From: Pseudomonadales bacterium
GTDB lineage: Bacteria > Pseudomonadota > Gammaproteobacteria > Pseudomonadales > Azotimanducaceae
Length of the DNA: 63,054 nt
Assembly: GCA_029246605.1 (NCBI GenBank)
Contig: JAQWMV010000278.1
Span: 1 to 63,054 of the forward strand
Reading direction: 5' to 3'
Shown: positions 33,395 to 49,049 of the stretch, one piece after another
How the letters are laid out: each line of letters opens with the position of its first letter
Position numbering within the stretch: the stretch's first letter is position 1
Position numbers and translations under genes: made by a program
Notes under the pieces: generated by a model
The model's database searches: none
What the model saw: the letters and a program-made list of their open reading frames with translations, nothing else
Told to the model about the DNA's origin: nothing

Positions 33395-35064
33395 TGGATT
33401 TCCAAAGAATAATCATACTGCTTGGTTTAGCAGTGACATCGTATTTTCTTATTCTTGCCTGGAAGGACGATTATGGGAATGGTCGTAAGGATAGCGTTGC
33501 ACCGGTAACGTTGCAGTCAGAAGAAGAAACTGTCGTACCGGTAGATTTCTTGCCGCTAGTGGACAGTGAAGCTGACGTCGACGTGATCCCGACGGTAGAT
33601 GTCAATGAAACAGCGTCAAGTCAGATGGTTGGCCAACTAGATGATGTTGTGGTCGTAACGACCGATGTATTGAAGGTCATTATTAACAAGAAGGGCGGCG
33701 ATCTAACTTCGGTATCTTTAGTGCAGTTTCCGACCAGCATGGAAACCCAGGACGAACCATTTGTATTGGTAGATCCACGAAACTCCTATAGCGCACAAAG
33801 CGGAATTATCGGTCCTAATGGTACAGACACTCCCAAGGGTAGACCGACTTTTATGACTGCCGTCAACGAATATAGTCTTGGAGATAGTGGTGAACTAACA
33901 GTTCCAATGAGTTTCATTCAGGAAGATGGCGTAAAAATACTTAAAGAGTTTAAGTTCTACCCTGGAAACTATTTGATCGACATAAATTACAGAGTAGAGA
34001 ATCCTACAAGTGAAGCTTGGCAGGCTGCCATATTCGCGCAGATAAAAAGAAACTCAGAAGAGCCTTATGGTGTAGATACAAACGGTCTGGGTATGCGGCC
34101 TTTTATAGGCGGAGCCACCTGGACTGAAGATGCGCCATATCAAAAACTGGAATTTGAAGATATTGAAGAGGAAAGCTATAGAGCAAAAAACACTGGCGGC
34201 TATGTTGCGATGGTTGAGCATTATTTTGTATCAGCGTTTGTGCCAGATAAGGAAAAAGAACACACTTATCAAGCAAGAAAGCTCGCAGACAAAGATGCTT
34301 ACCTTTTCGGTTTCACTTCGTCGCTCTGGACGATAGCGCCAGGAAGTAACGACGAGCAGCAGTTTCAGTTCTATGCGGGCCCGAAAGATCAGTATCGTTT
34401 ACGGGAGATTTCAGAAGGGCTAGACCTGACGATTGACTACGGGTTTCTATGGTGGATGGCGCAGCCGCTATTCTTTTTGTTAACCACCATTCAGCAGTAT
34501 GTTATTAATTGGGGCGTCGCCATAATGCTGCTGACGTTGGTTATTAAGGTGTTTTTATATCCACTGTCAGCCGCTGGGTTTCGTGCAAACGCCGAGCTAA
34601 GAAAATTGCAGCCAGAGATGTTGCGTTTACGAGAACAATATGGGGATGACAAGCAAAAATTATCACAGGGCATGATGGCTCTCTATAAGGAAAAAGGAGC
34701 TAATCCTTTGAAGGGGTGCTTCCCTTTATTATTACAAATGCCTGTTTTCATTGCACTTTATTGGGTTCTCTTAGAAAGTGTTGAGTTGCGTCAGGCCCCG
34801 TTTATGCTTTGGATTCAAGATCTTTCCGTAATGGATCCTTATTTTGTCTTACCCATATTGATGGGTATATCGATGTATTTTGTGACGTTGTTGCAACCCG
34901 AACCACCAGATCCCATGCAGGCCAAAATATTCAAGATGATGCCGATCGTGTTCACGTTTTTCTTTCTGTGGTTTCCGGCCGGACTAGTACTTTATTGGCT
35001 TGTTAACAATGTACTATCCATTTTGCAGCAATTGTATGTTACGCGGCAGATTGAAAAAAGTTGA
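33394..35064 (+). CDS. yidC: Membrane protein insertase YidC
   Basis: 556 aa with a large periplasmic domain followed by the conserved 5-TM core ('GCFPLLLQMPVFIALY'). Confidence 0.95.
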   Translation: MDFQRIIILLGLAVTSYFLILAWKDDYGNGRKDSVAPVTLQSEEETVVPVDFLPLVDSEADVDVIPTVDVNETASSQMVGQLDDVVVVTTDVLKVIINKKGGDLTSVSLVQFPTSMETQDEPFVLVDPRNSYSAQSGIIGPNGTDTPKGRPTFMTAVNEYSLGDSGELTVPMSFIQEDGVKILKEFKFYPGNYLIDINYRVENPTSEAWQAAIFAQIKRNSEEPYGVDTNGLGMRPFIGGATWTEDAPYQKLEFEDIEEESYRAKNTGGYVAMVEHYFVSAFVPDKEKEHTYQARKLADKDAYLFGFTSSLWTIAPGSNDEQQFQFYAGPKDQYRLREISEGLDLTIDYGFLWWMAQPLFFLLTTIQQYVINWGVAIMLLTLVIKVFLYPLSAAGFRANAELRKLQPEMLRLREQYGDDKQKLSQGMMALYKEKGANPLKGCFPLLLQMPVFIALYWVLLESVELRQAPFMLWIQDLSVMDPYFVLPILMGISMYFVTLLQPEPPDPMQAKIFKMMPIVFTFFFLWFPAGLVLYWLVNNVLSILQQLYVTRQIEKS

Positions 35065-35086
35065 CGTGTGCATGTAGGGCAATTAC

Positions 35087-36430
35087 ATGTATGAGAAAGA
35101 TACGATCACCGCGTTGGCAACGCCCCTGGGAAAAGGTGGCATTGGCGTAGTTAGAGTTTCTGGCCCCTTAGTGGAGTTGGTAGCTAAAGAGATGGTAGGG
35201 GAACTGCCAAAGTCAAGAGTTGCAGCCTATCGAAACTTCTTAGATGCCCAAGGGACAGTAATTGATCAGGGCTTGGTGTTGTATTTTAAAGCGCCGAACT
35301 CCTTCACGGGCGAAGATGTTCTGGAGCTACAGGGCCATGGAGGCCCGGTGGTGATGAACCTTGTAGTTGCTCGGGTTCTAGAGCTTGGAGCCAGGTTGGC
35401 GAAACCTGGGGAATTTTCTGAACGAGCCTTTCTGAATGACAAAATGGATCTGTCACAGGCAGAAGCCATTGCAGATTTAATTGACAGCGCCAGCAGTCAA
35501 GCAGCAAAAAGTGCTTTGCGTTCTCTACAAGGAGAGTTTTCAAAAAAAGTTAACAGTATTATCAAGGGGCTTATAGAGCTACGAGTCTATGTCGAAGCGT
35601 CTATCGATTTCCCAGAGGAGGAAATCGATTTTCTAGACAACCCCAAAATTGGAGAAGATTTAGATACCCTAGTCGAAAAGATAGACCAGCTTATAGAACA
35701 GGCGGGCCAGGGGGCGCTTCTAAGAGAGGGCGTTAGTATAGTTTTGGCGGGTCGGCCAAATGCCGGTAAGTCCAGTTTAATGAATTGTCTTACTGGTCAA
35801 GATACCTCAATAGTGACAGAAATTGCTGGTACCACGAGAGACGTCGTAAATGAGCTTATACATTTGGAGGGCGTGCCGGTTCGTTTAATTGATACTGCGG
35901 GCCTGCGTAAAGGCAATAACCCTGTCGAAATTGAAGGAGTTCGTCGCGCAGAAAAAGAGATAGCGTTGGCGGACTATGTATTGGTTGTTGTTGACCTTAA
36001 TGCACATCGACTTGACCTTACGGCACATATTGATGAACTGCTGGCGACACTGCCGAAGGTAGAAAATTACATAGTTGCGCTGAATAAGGCTGACCTTTGG
36101 CAGCCAGAGCACGTATCTGAGAAACAGGTGTTGGTATCGGCAAAAACCGGCAAGGGTGTAGATGATTTACGTGCCCTTATTGCTGAGGGCATTGGCCTTA
36201 GAGTAAGTAGTGAGGGGACCTTTATCGCTAGGGCCCGCCACCTGGATGCCTTGCAAAGGGGTATACAAAGTCTTGTAAGAGGTCAGGCGCTATTCGGAAA
36301 CAATACAGCCGGAGAGTTGTTGGCGGAAGAGCTTCGGAGCTGTCAACAAGCGCTAGGAGAGATTACCGGTGAATTTACCAGCGACGACCTGTTGGGCACC
36401 ATATTTGCCAGCTTTTGTATCGGTAAGTAG
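35087..36430 (+). CDS. mnmE: tRNA modification GTPase MnmE
   Basis: 447 aa with the G1 motif 'GRPNAGKSSL', 'DTAGLR' and the C-terminal 'FCIGK'. Confidence 0.95.
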   Translation: MYEKDTITALATPLGKGGIGVVRVSGPLVELVAKEMVGELPKSRVAAYRNFLDAQGTVIDQGLVLYFKAPNSFTGEDVLELQGHGGPVVMNLVVARVLELGARLAKPGEFSERAFLNDKMDLSQAEAIADLIDSASSQAAKSALRSLQGEFSKKVNSIIKGLIELRVYVEASIDFPEEEIDFLDNPKIGEDLDTLVEKIDQLIEQAGQGALLREGVSIVLAGRPNAGKSSLMNCLTGQDTSIVTEIAGTTRDVVNELIHLEGVPVRLIDTAGLRKGNNPVEIEGVRRAEKEIALADYVLVVVDLNAHRLDLTAHIDELLATLPKVENYIVALNKADLWQPEHVSEKQVLVSAKTGKGVDDLRALIAEGIGLRVSSEGTFIARARHLDALQRGIQSLVRGQALFGNNTAGELLAEELRSCQQALGEITGEFTSDDLLGTIFASFCIGK

Positions 36431-36495
36431 TGCATTCGTGGACTTTGAGAGGCCCATGGGTATACTTGCCGTGGGTCTAATCTGGGTCAGATCTC

Positions 36496-38373
36496 ATGTC
36501 TGAGAAGCACTTCGATGTCATTATAGTTGGTGGCGGTCATGCCGGAACAGAGGCAGCACTAGCCTCAGCCCGTATGGGATGTCGAACCCTTTTGTTGTCA
36601 CAGAATATCGAAACCCTGGGTCAGATGTCATGCAATCCCGCGATTGGTGGGATTGGCAAGAGTCACCTGGTTAAAGAGATAGACGCGTTGGGTGGGGCTA
36701 TGGCGCTCGCGGCGGATCAGGCCGGTATACACTTTAGAACCCTCAATGCGCGCAAAGGACCAGCAGTCCGCGCGACACGGGCACAGTCAGATCGGGCCCT
36801 ATACAAAGCGGCGATTAGGTCTGTATTAGAGAATCAGCAGAACCTATATATTATTCAGCAATCCGTAGAAGATCTCGTGGTTACAGGGGATCGAGTAGAG
36901 GGTGTCGTTACCCAGATGGGCCTGCATTTCTATGCATCAGCGGTTGTATTGACTGTTGGCACGTTCTTGGGCGGTGTTATTCACGTTGGGATGGAGAAGC
37001 AACAGGGCGGTCGAGCAGGCGATGCCCCGTCCAATCGATTGGCATCACGTCTACGAGAATTACCATTTAATGTCGGTCGCCTAAAAACAGGCACACCACC
37101 CCGGATAGATGGCAAAACAGTCGACTACAGCGAATTACAGGCGCAACCCGGCGATGAGCCGAGACCGGTCATGTCCTACCTTTCGACTGGTGAGGAGCAT
37201 CCTCAGCAGGTTTCTTGTTTTATTACGCATACCAGCGAGAAAACCCACGACATCATCAGAGCTGGGCTAGACCGGTCTCCTTTGTATACCGGTGAAATCG
37301 ATGGTGTTGGGCCCCGTTACTGTCCATCCATTGAAGATAAAGTGGTACGTTTTGCTGATCGTTCGTCGCACCAGATATTCATAGAGCCGGAGGGGCTTAA
37401 GACTCATGAAATATACCCGAATGGTATATCTACAAGCCTACCCTATGATGTGCAGCTGGCTTTGGTACGCAGCATCAAAGGCTTTGAGAATGCTCACATT
37501 ACGAGGCCGGGTTATGCGATAGAGTATGACTTCTTCGAACCACGCGACCTGCAATCGTCACTTCAAACCAGACACCTAGCGGGACTTTATTTTGCTGGGC
37601 AGATTAACGGTACAACCGGCTATGAAGAAGCCGCCGCGCAGGGACTGCTCGCCGGCATTAACGCGGCTCGACAAGTTCAGGAACTAACACCCTGGTGCCC
37701 CGACAGAAGTGAGGCCTATATTGGAGTACTTGTAGACGACCTGATAACGCTGGGCACCAAGGAGCCGTATCGTATGTTTACCAGTCGCGCTGAATATCGG
37801 CTGGTACTAAGGCAGGACAATGCCGATCGACGATTGACGGAGCAAGGCCACTCGATGGGTTTGGTGGATGATCGGCGTTGGCGATTATTTAGCGAAAAGC
37901 TTTCCGGTATCGAGACGCTCTCCGAAAAGCTGTCTAAGCATTGGGTGCAGCCAGGGGATGATCGCGTTGAAGCATTTACCGGAAAACAATTGTCTAGAGA
38001 GTACAACTTGCTGGAATTGCTAAAACGACCGGAGGTAGAAATCAAAGCGCTGTTGGCGGCGCTCGATATGGACAACAACAACGTTGCTGAGTCCGAACAG
38101 GTCGAAATTGATGTCAAATATGCGGGCTATATAGTCCGGCAGCAACAGGAGATAGATCGAGTTAAGTCCCAGCAGGACCTAAGCATTCCGTCTGATCTCG
38201 ACTATGTTGCCGTGGCAGGTCTCTCTAATGAAGTGAGTCAGAAACTGTGTGCGGTTAGACCCGAGACGATAGGGCAGGCTGCGAGAATATCTGGCGTGAC
38301 GCCTGCCGCAGTGTCCCTGCTCCTGATTTACCTAAAAAGGCACAAAGCGTCGGCGGCACTTAAGTCGGCATAA
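36496..38373 (+). CDS. mnmG: tRNA uridine 5-carboxymethylaminomethyl modification enzyme MnmG
   Basis: 625 aa with the FAD motif '[14 protein letters not shown]'. Confidence 0.95.
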   Translation: MSEKHFDVIIVGGGHAGTEAALASARMGCRTLLLSQNIETLGQMSCNPAIGGIGKSHLVKEIDALGGAMALAADQAGIHFRTLNARKGPAVRATRAQSDRALYKAAIRSVLENQQNLYIIQQSVEDLVVTGDRVEGVVTQMGLHFYASAVVLTVGTFLGGVIHVGMEKQQGGRAGDAPSNRLASRLRELPFNVGRLKTGTPPRIDGKTVDYSELQAQPGDEPRPVMSYLSTGEEHPQQVSCFITHTSEKTHDIIRAGLDRSPLYTGEIDGVGPRYCPSIEDKVVRFADRSSHQIFIEPEGLKTHEIYPNGISTSLPYDVQLALVRSIKGFENAHITRPGYAIEYDFFEPRDLQSSLQTRHLAGLYFAGQINGTTGYEEAAAQGLLAGINAARQVQELTPWCPDRSEAYIGVLVDDLITLGTKEPYRMFTSRAEYRLVLRQDNADRRLTEQGHSMGLVDDRRWRLFSEKLSGIETLSEKLSKHWVQPGDDRVEAFTGKQLSREYNLLELLKRPEVEIKALLAALDMDNNNVAESEQVEIDVKYAGYIVRQQQEIDRVKSQQDLSIPSDLDYVAVAGLSNEVSQKLCAVRPETIGQAARISGVTPAAVSLLLIYLKRHKASAALKSA

Positions 38374-38990
38374 TGGCCGAGAACTGGCACATTGAAGAGG
38401 GGCTGACTCAATTTCCATTTCCGGTTGAACAGGCATTGGCAGGCCGGCTAACTGCTTATGTCCAGTTGCTACTGCGCTGGAACAACGCATACAACCTGAC
38501 AGCCATTAGGGAACCAGAGCAGATTGTCAGCCACCACCTGATGGATTGTCTGGCAATCGCACCGATGATCCACGGTGTCAATATTGTTGATGTTGGCTCC
38601 GGCGCAGGGCTGCCAGGCATTCCGCTGGCGCTGCATTATCCAGAGAAAAAATTCACGTTGCTCGATAGCAATGGCAAGAAGACTCGCTTTCTTACCCAGG
38701 TAAAAATTGACCTTGCCATAGAAAATGTCAGCATCGAACAAGGAAGAGTAGAAGACGTGAGTCATGCATTCGATCAGGTAATTTGCAGGGCATTTGCACC
38801 GTTGGGCGAACTGGCAGATTCCTGTGCGCACTTACTAAGTGCAAATGGTACTCTGCTTGCCATGAAAGGCGCGAATCAAGAGCTGTTGTCGTTGGATTCT
38901 CCACTTGAGCTGGTATCCCGGCGCAAGCTCAATGTGCCGCTTATGGACGAAGAACGGTTCGTCGTTACGCTGGCACCGAGGAAGCCCTGA
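38373..38990 (+). CDS. rsmG: 16S rRNA (guanine527-N7)-methyltransferase
   Basis: 205 aa with 'DVGSGAGLPGIPLA'. Confidence 0.9.
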   Translation: MAENWHIEEGLTQFPFPVEQALAGRLTAYVQLLLRWNNAYNLTAIREPEQIVSHHLMDCLAIAPMIHGVNIVDVGSGAGLPGIPLALHYPEKKFTLLDSNGKKTRFLTQVKIDLAIENVSIEQGRVEDVSHAFDQVICRAFAPLGELADSCAHLLSANGTLLAMKGANQELLSLDSPLELVSRRKLNVPLMDEERFVVTLAPRKP

Positions 38991-39769
38991 TGGCGTTAGT
39001 ATTAGCGGTCGCCAATCAAAAAGGTGGCGTTGGAAAAACCACAACCAGCATTAACCTCGCGGCTAGTCTGGCGGCAATGCAACGAGAAGTGCTGCTTGTA
39101 GACTTGGATCCACAGGGTAATGCGACTACGGGTAGTGGTATACAGAAGGGAGATACAGAGTATTCGATTTATGATGTCTTAATCGACGGCGTTTCAGCGT
39201 CAGAGGCCATGATCAACGCGGAAGCCGCGGGTTATCACTTGTTACCTGCAACTGTAGATTTGACCGGTGCTGAAATCGAACTCCTCGAGATTACTGAATG
39301 GGAATATCGGCTCAAAAATGCGCTGCAACAGGCCAGCGATAGCTATGATTACGTTATTATAGATTGTCCGCCATCGCTGGGGTTGCTAACGATTAACGGT
39401 CTAGCGGCGGCAGATGCTGTCATTATTCCAATGCAGTGTGAATATTATGCATTAGAGGGACTAACGGCTCTCGTCGATACTATTTCACGCATAACTGGCA
39501 AGCTCAATCCTGCGCTGCACATAGGGGGTATTGTGCGCACCATGTTCGACCCCCGAAATAGTCTGACAAAAGAGGTATCCAATGATCTGATGCACCACTT
39601 TGGTGACACTGTCTTTCATACGGTAATACCCCGCAATGTACGTCTTGCAGAAGCACCAAGTTATGGGGTGCCGATATTGTATTATGATAAGCAATCGCGG
39701 GGTGCCAGGGCCTATCTGGCGTTGGCAGGAGAATTGGTCAGGCGCACGCAAAGCACGGGGAATGGTTGA
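38990..39769 (+). CDS. parA: Chromosome partitioning ATPase ParA/Soj
   Basis: 259 aa with the deviant Walker A 'NQKGGVGKTTT'. Confidence 0.9.
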   Translation: MALVLAVANQKGGVGKTTTSINLAASLAAMQREVLLVDLDPQGNATTGSGIQKGDTEYSIYDVLIDGVSASEAMINAEAAGYHLLPATVDLTGAEIELLEITEWEYRLKNALQQASDSYDYVIIDCPPSLGLLTINGLAAADAVIIPMQCEYYALEGLTALVDTISRITGKLNPALHIGGIVRTMFDPRNSLTKEVSNDLMHHFGDTVFHTVIPRNVRLAEAPSYGVPILYYDKQSRGARAYLALAGELVRRTQSTGNG

Positions 39770-40617
39770 TGGTTACAAAGAAAAGAGGTCTTGGGCGTGG
39801 TTTAGAGGCGTTGTTGGGTAGTGATAGCAAGCCTGCACAGGGCGCGATACTTGAGGAATTACCTATTGAATGGATTAAGCCAGGAGAATTTCAACCCAGA
39901 AAGACATTTGATGAGCAGGCGCTTGATGATTTGGCTGCGTCTATCAGGAATCAGGGGCTGGTTCAGCCAATCGTCGTTCGGGAAATTGAACCATCCACCT
40001 ACGAGATAATAGCGGGAGAAAGACGCTGGCGAGCGGCCCAGAGAGCCGAATTGGTCAAGATTCCTGCGATTATAAAGCAGGCTGATGATGAAGCCGTTGT
40101 TGCCATGTCTCTGATCGAGAATGTGCAGCGGGAAGATCTAAACCCAATTGAGCAAGCCCAGGCATTGCAACGCCTGGTGGAAGACTTTGGTTTAACACAC
40201 CAGCAGGTTGCTGATGCGGTTGGAAAAAGTCGGGTTGCGGTGACCAATTACCTGAGGCTGAATAATCTGGGTAGTCATATTCAAGGGATGTTAGCGACTG
40301 GGAGCATCGAAATGGGGCATGCGAGGGCGCTGTTGGGGCTTCCAGACGGTGATCAAGAGTCTTTTGCCAGAAACATTGTGCAAAGACAGATGAGTGTTCG
40401 GGAAGTAGAGCGGGCAATCCAGAAGACTAAGAAGCCTCCTTCAGATAAGGCCGAAAAACCGTCTGATACGCGTCGTCTTGAGACTAAACTTAGCGCGAAA
40501 ATTGGACAACCAGTGGGTATACAACACACAAAAAAGGGCGGCGGTAAGCTGGTTATTTCCTACAACGATCTGGATGAACTGGATGGCATATTACGGCACT
40601 TTGGAGACTTAGAATAA
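39766..40617 (+). CDS. parB: Chromosome partitioning protein ParB/Spo0J
   Basis: 283 aa with the 'GERRWRAA' box and an HTH region. Confidence 0.9.
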   Translation: MMVTKKRGLGRGLEALLGSDSKPAQGAILEELPIEWIKPGEFQPRKTFDEQALDDLAASIRNQGLVQPIVVREIEPSTYEIIAGERRWRAAQRAELVKIPAIIKQADDEAVVAMSLIENVQREDLNPIEQAQALQRLVEDFGLTHQQVADAVGKSRVAVTNYLRLNNLGSHIQGMLATGSIEMGHARALLGLPDGDQESFARNIVQRQMSVREVERAIQKTKKPPSDKAEKPSDTRRLETKLSAKIGQPVGIQHTKKGGGKLVISYNDLDELDGILRHFGDLE

Positions 40618-40632
40618 CAGCGTGTTTGCCGG

Positions 40633-41954
<1,322 letters not shown>

Positions 41955-41980
41955 GGCAATAATTGAAGTTTTTATAGTAG

Positions 41981-42223
<243 letters not shown>

Positions 42224-42266
42224 TGACCACCACGGGAAGAAATGAAGCTATAGAGGTGAAGAAAGC

Positions 42267-42737
42267 GTGAACATTAATGCAACGATGTTGGGCCAGTTAA
42301 TTTCCTTCGTCCTTTTTGTAGGGGTGTGCATGAAATATGTGTGGCCTTTGCTCACGGAAGCGCTACGAGAGCGTCAGCAAATAATTACTCAAGGGCTTGA
42401 GAACGCCGCGGCAGCCGAAAAACAATTAGAAAGCGCCAATGATGCGGCTGATATCGCGTTGGAAGAAGCGAAAAAGCAAGCGGCAGAGCTAATTGGACAG
42501 GCCAGAAGTCGGGCCAATCAAATTGTTGAGGAAGCGAAAGATCAAGCATCGGATGAAGCGACCCGGATTGTTCAAGGTGCTCAAAGTGATATTGATCAGG
42601 AGATCAACAGAGCTAGAGAAGAACTTCGGGCGCGTGTCAGTGACCTCGCAGTAGAGGGTGCTGAAAAAATTCTGGAGAGTTCCGTCGACCGTAATGTTCA
42701 TCAAGGCATGCTAAATAATTTGGCTGCACAGCTGTAG
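42267..42737 (+). CDS. atpF: F0F1 ATP synthase subunit b
   Basis: 156 aa with an N-terminal TM helix and a long charged helix. It uses a GTG start. Confidence 0.9.
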   Translation: MNINATMLGQLISFVLFVGVCMKYVWPLLTEALRERQQIITQGLENAAAAEKQLESANDAADIALEEAKKQAAELIGQARSRANQIVEEAKDQASDEATRIVQGAQSDIDQEINRAREELRARVSDLAVEGAEKILESSVDRNVHQGMLNNLAAQL

Positions 42738-42747
42738 AGTGATGTAG

Positions 42748-43290
42748 ATGGCGGAAGCTGAACTTACAACCATTGCAAGACCATACGCCAAGGCTGCGTT
42801 TGCTTTTGCACTTGATCAGGACCAGGGTCTTACTCACTGGTCAACAATGTTGGGCATTCTTGCTGCTGCGATGGCCGAGGATGTTGTTCGGGAAAAACTT
42901 GATGATCCCAGGTTAACAACAGAGGCTGGTGCAAGAGTCTTAAGCGCCATGTTTGAAAGTGAACTGGATGAAAAGTCGAGAAACTTTTTAGTCGTTTTAG
43001 CCGAATTTGGTCGCCTGGAGCTACTACCGAATATTTCAGAACTTTTCGAATTGCTGAAAGCAGAGCACGAAAGGACGATAAATGTTGAGGTCACCAGTGC
43101 CTTTGAGGTGACTAGTGAAGAAACCGAAAAACTGTCGGATGCACTACACGCGAAGTTACAGCGCGAAGTTAATCTGACAACCCACGTAGATGAGAGCTTA
43201 TTGGGCGGCGTCGTTATCAAGGCCGAAGATTCCGTTATTGACGGTTCGGTTCGCGGGAAATTGAGAAAACTCTCACAGGCGCTGCAATAA
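42748..43290 (+). CDS. atpH: F0F1 ATP synthase subunit delta
   Basis: 180 aa with 'IARPYAKAAF' and 'LLGGVVIKAEDSVIDGSVRGKL'. Confidence 0.9.
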   Translation: MAEAELTTIARPYAKAAFAFALDQDQGLTHWSTMLGILAAAMAEDVVREKLDDPRLTTEAGARVLSAMFESELDEKSRNFLVVLAEFGRLELLPNISELFELLKAEHERTINVEVTSAFEVTSEETEKLSDALHAKLQREVNLTTHVDESLLGGVVIKAEDSVIDGSVRGKLRKLSQALQ

Positions 43291-43343
43291 GCAGCAAGAA
43301 TTTTTAATTTTTGGACACGTAATTACACGTAAAGGAACGGAAC

Positions 43344-44888
43344 ATGCAACAACTGAATCCTTCCGAAATCAGCGAGATCATCAAACAACGTATTGATAAT
43401 CTCGATGTATCTTCAGAAGCACGCAACGAAGGAACAATCGTCAGTGTGTCGGATGGTATTGTGAGAATTCATGGCCTTGCCGACGTACAAAACGGCGAGA
43501 TGATCGAATTCCCCGATAACCTTTTTGGCTTTGCTTTGAATCTCGAGCGGGATTCAGTGGGCGCAGTGGTGCTTGGTGACTACAAAGCTTTAAGGGAAGG
43601 CCAAACTGCCCGTTGTACCGGTCGTATCCTCGAAGTACCGACCGGCCCGGAATTGTTGGGCAGAGTGGTCGATGCGCTGGGTAATCCCATTGATGGAAAC
43701 GGTCCAATTAACGCGAAGACCACCGCACCGGTAGAAAAAGTTGCACCGGGTGTTATTGCGCGTCAGCACGTTGATCAGCCCGTGCAAACCGGCCTTAAGA
43801 GTATTGACTCGATGATTCCTGTCGGTCGAGGTCAGCGAGAATTGATTATTGGTGACCGCCAGACCGGTAAGACTGCTATTGCGATTGATACCATCATCAA
43901 TCAGCAGAAATCGGGTATTAAGTGTGTCTATGTTGCTATTGGGCAAAAGTTTTCATCCATTGCAAATGTTGTGCGTACCCTAGAAGAATATGGCGCGATG
44001 GAAAACACAATCGTAGTCGCGGCAGGTGCTTCAGATCCTGCGCCAATGCAGTATCTGGCGGCATACTCAGGTTGTTCTATGGGTGAGTATTTCAGGGACC
44101 GCGGCGAAGACGCATTGATCATATACGATGATCTGACCAAGCAAGCCTGGGCCTATCGACAGATTTCGCTCTTGCTACGTCGACCACCTGGACGAGAAGC
44201 TTATCCAGGGGATGTCTTCTATTTACATTCTCGATTGCTCGAAAGAGCGGCCCGTGTCAACGCAGACTATGTCGAGAAGGAAACTAATGGTGAAGTAAAA
44301 GGTAAAACAGGATCTCTGACAGCGTTACCAATTATTGAGACCCAGGCCGGTGACGTATCTGCTTTCGTACCGACGAATGTGATCTCGATTACTGATGGCC
44401 AGATATTCTTAGAAACCGATATGTTTAACTCGGGTAATCGACCCGCGATGAACCCGGGTATTTCCGTGTCTCGGGTGGGTGGCGATGCTCAGGTGAAGTT
44501 CATGTCCAAGATCAGTGGCGGCATCAAGCTGGCGCTGGCACAGTTTCGTGAACTTGCTGCTTTTTCACAGTTTGCTTCGGATCTTGATGAAGCGACCCGT
44601 CGGCAACTTGAGCATGGTGAACGTATTTCAGAATTGATGAAGCAAAAACAGTATTCACCGATGACGGTAGCGGAAATGGGTATCGTACTTTTTGCTGCTA
44701 ACGAGGGGTATCTGGAAGATGTTGAGGTAGAAAAGGTTCTCGATTTTGAGGCTGCACTACTCTCCTACATGCACTCAGAGCATGCGGACTTCATGGCACA
44801 GGTTAACGAACGTGGTGAATATACAGACGAAGTTACCGAAACGATGACAAAAGCATTGGATTCGTTCAAATCTACACAAAGCTGGTAA
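43344..44888 (+). CDS. atpA: F0F1 ATP synthase subunit alpha
   Basis: 514 aa with 'GDRQTGKTA'. Confidence 0.97.
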   Translation: MQQLNPSEISEIIKQRIDNLDVSSEARNEGTIVSVSDGIVRIHGLADVQNGEMIEFPDNLFGFALNLERDSVGAVVLGDYKALREGQTARCTGRILEVPTGPELLGRVVDALGNPIDGNGPINAKTTAPVEKVAPGVIARQHVDQPVQTGLKSIDSMIPVGRGQRELIIGDRQTGKTAIAIDTIINQQKSGIKCVYVAIGQKFSSIANVVRTLEEYGAMENTIVVAAGASDPAPMQYLAAYSGCSMGEYFRDRGEDALIIYDDLTKQAWAYRQISLLLRRPPGREAYPGDVFYLHSRLLERAARVNADYVEKETNGEVKGKTGSLTALPIIETQAGDVSAFVPTNVISITDGQIFLETDMFNSGNRPAMNPGISVSRVGGDAQVKFMSKISGGIKLALAQFRELAAFSQFASDLDEATRRQLEHGERISELMKQKQYSPMTVAEMGIVLFAANEGYLEDVEVEKVLDFEAALLSYMHSEHADFMAQVNERGEYTDEVTETMTKALDSFKSTQSW

Positions 44889-44911
44889 ACGAGAGTAATT
44901 GAGAAGCCGAT

Positions 44912-47190
<2,279 letters not shown>

Positions 47191-47200
47191 GGTATAGAAA

Positions 47201-47623
47201 ATGGCATCAACCGTACTTTGTAGCATTGTAAGCGCCGAGCAGGAGATCTTTTCTGGTCAGGTGGAAATGGTCATTGCGACCGGCGCCATTGGTGAACTAG
47301 GCATCATGCCTGGTCATACACCTTTGTTGACGGGCGTCAAACCAGGTCCGGTGCGATTGATACTTGAGGGTGGCGAAGAGGAAATTTTCTATGCTTCTGG
47401 TGGTTTTTTGGAAGTCCAGCCAACAGCAATAACACTCTTAGCCGATACCGCACTACGGGCAGATGATGTCGATGAAGCAGCGGCCGTAGCCGCGCAGCAG
47501 AAGGCAGAACAGGAACTTGGCGACCAGCGAGCTGATCTGGACTTTGCGAGAGTCTCTTCAGATCTGCAGGAACAGGCAGCAATGCTTAGAACTGTACGCA
47601 AGTTACGAGAAAGAAAAGGATAA
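47201..47623 (+). CDS. atpC: F0F1 ATP synthase subunit epsilon
   Basis: 140 aa. It is the last gene of the atp operon. Confidence 0.9.
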   Translation: MASTVLCSIVSAEQEIFSGQVEMVIATGAIGELGIMPGHTPLLTGVKPGPVRLILEGGEEEIFYASGGFLEVQPTAITLLADTALRADDVDEAAAVAAQQKAEQELGDQRADLDFARVSSDLQEQAAMLRTVRKLRERKG

Positions 47624-47681
47624 GCTGCCACCGACCAGTCGTTAAGAGTAAACTGCAGATATCGGTAGTGTAGTTATTCTA

Positions 47682-49049
47682 ATGAGTGAGCAAAATATTG
47701 AAGTCTGTATCCTTGCCGCGGGCATGGGTAAGCGGATGCATTCCACGATACCCAAGGCCATGCAGCGACTGGCGGGTAAGCCGATACTGGCTCATTTGTT
47801 GCAGAGCGCACAGGCGTTAAATCCAAGTCAAATTCATGTAGTGATCGGCCCTGAGGGGAATTCGATCAAGTCTGCATTTCCTGAAATGACCGTAAACTGG
47901 GTCACCCAGACAGACCGACGCGGTACTGGACACGCAGTGTTACAGGCATTGCCGCATTTCGACAGCGATTCGAGGGTTTTAATACTCGTCGGTGATGCTC
48001 CGCTTTTGTCGACTAAGACCATGGCTTCTCTGGCTGCTGTCGAAGCGCCGCTCAGTGTGTTGACGGCCACGATGGAAGATCCCAGGGGATATGGTCGCAT
48101 TGTGAAGAGTGAATCGGGTTTAATCTCAGAAATTGTAGAACATAGAGATGCGACTGATCTGCAAAAACAGATTTGTGAGATCAATACGGGAGTTATGGCC
48201 AGCAGTGCTGCGCATTTACATGACTGGTTACCCCAACTTGATGACGACAATGACCAGGGAGAACTATTGCTGACCGATATTGTGGTCCTAGCAAATCAGG
48301 CGGAACTCGAAGTGAAAGCCTTCTTGAGCAAAGATTTACTTGAAGTGACCGGCATCAACAGTTTTTCACAGCTAGCCGCCCTGGAATCTGCGTTACAAAG
48401 AAGACGAGCAGAAACGCTGCTGGCTAGCGGCGTACACATAATAGATCCGGATCGTTTTGATCTAAGAGGTGAACTGGAATGTGGTACTGATGTCCATATC
48501 GATATTAATTGTGTATTTGAAGGCAAGGTATCCCTCGGTGATGGTGTCAGAATCGGTGCAAATTGCTCTATCAAAGATGCCGTCATTGCGGCAAATAGTG
48601 TAATCAAAGAAAATTCAGTGCTTGATGACTGTCAAGTTGGCCCCGAAAGTCAGGTAGGTCCGTTCGCGCGATTAAGGCCAGGTACGCTACTGCATAGTGC
48701 CGTAAGCATTGGTAATTTTGTTGAAGTAAAAAACACTGAAGTTGGTACAGGTAGCAAAGCAAGCCATCTAACGTATCTAGGTGATTCGGTGATTGGCAGT
48801 GAGGTAAATATTGGTGCTGGGACCATCACCTGTAATTACGATGGAGTTCTCAAGCACACGACGCGAATTGAAGATCATGTATTCGTGGGTTCCAACACGG
48901 CGTTTGTTGCGCCTGTCACTATAGGCGCTCGATCTACAATAGCTGCGGGTTCAACTATTACCAAAGATGTAGACGAAGGTGAGTTAGCGATATCGCGCGG
49001 AAAACAGAAGAGTGTGGCTAACTGGAAACGACCTGAGGGTGACAAATAA
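47682..49049 (+). CDS. glmU: Bifunctional UDP-N-acetylglucosamine pyrophosphorylase / GlcN-1-P acetyltransferase
   Basis: 455 aa with 'ILAAGMGKRM' and C-terminal left-handed beta-helix hexapeptide repeats. Confidence 0.95.
   Translation: MSEQNIEVCILAAGMGKRMHSTIPKAMQRLAGKPILAHLLQSAQALNPSQIHVVIGPEGNSIKSAFPEMTVNWVTQTDRRGTGHAVLQALPHFDSDSRVLILVGDAPLLSTKTMASLAAVEAPLSVLTATMEDPRGYGRIVKSESGLISEIVEHRDATDLQKQICEINTGVMASSAAHLHDWLPQLDDDNDQGELLLTDIVVLANQAELEVKAFLSKDLLEVTGINSFSQLAALESALQRRRAETLLASGVHIIDPDRFDLRGELECGTDVHIDINCVFEGKVSLGDGVRIGANCSIKDAVIAANSVIKENSVLDDCQVGPESQVGPFARLRPGTLLHSAVSIGNFVEVKNTEVGTGSKASHLTYLGDSVIGSEVNIGAGTITCNYDGVLKHTTRIEDHVFVGSNTAFVAPVTIGARSTIAAGSTITKDVDEGELAISRGKQKSVANWKRPEGDK

Noticed and set aside
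36450-36478. Imperfect hairpin (AGGCCCATGG...CCGTGGGTCT) after mnmE, considered as an intrinsic terminator.
   Set aside because: The stem needs several G-U pairs and no T-tract follows it.
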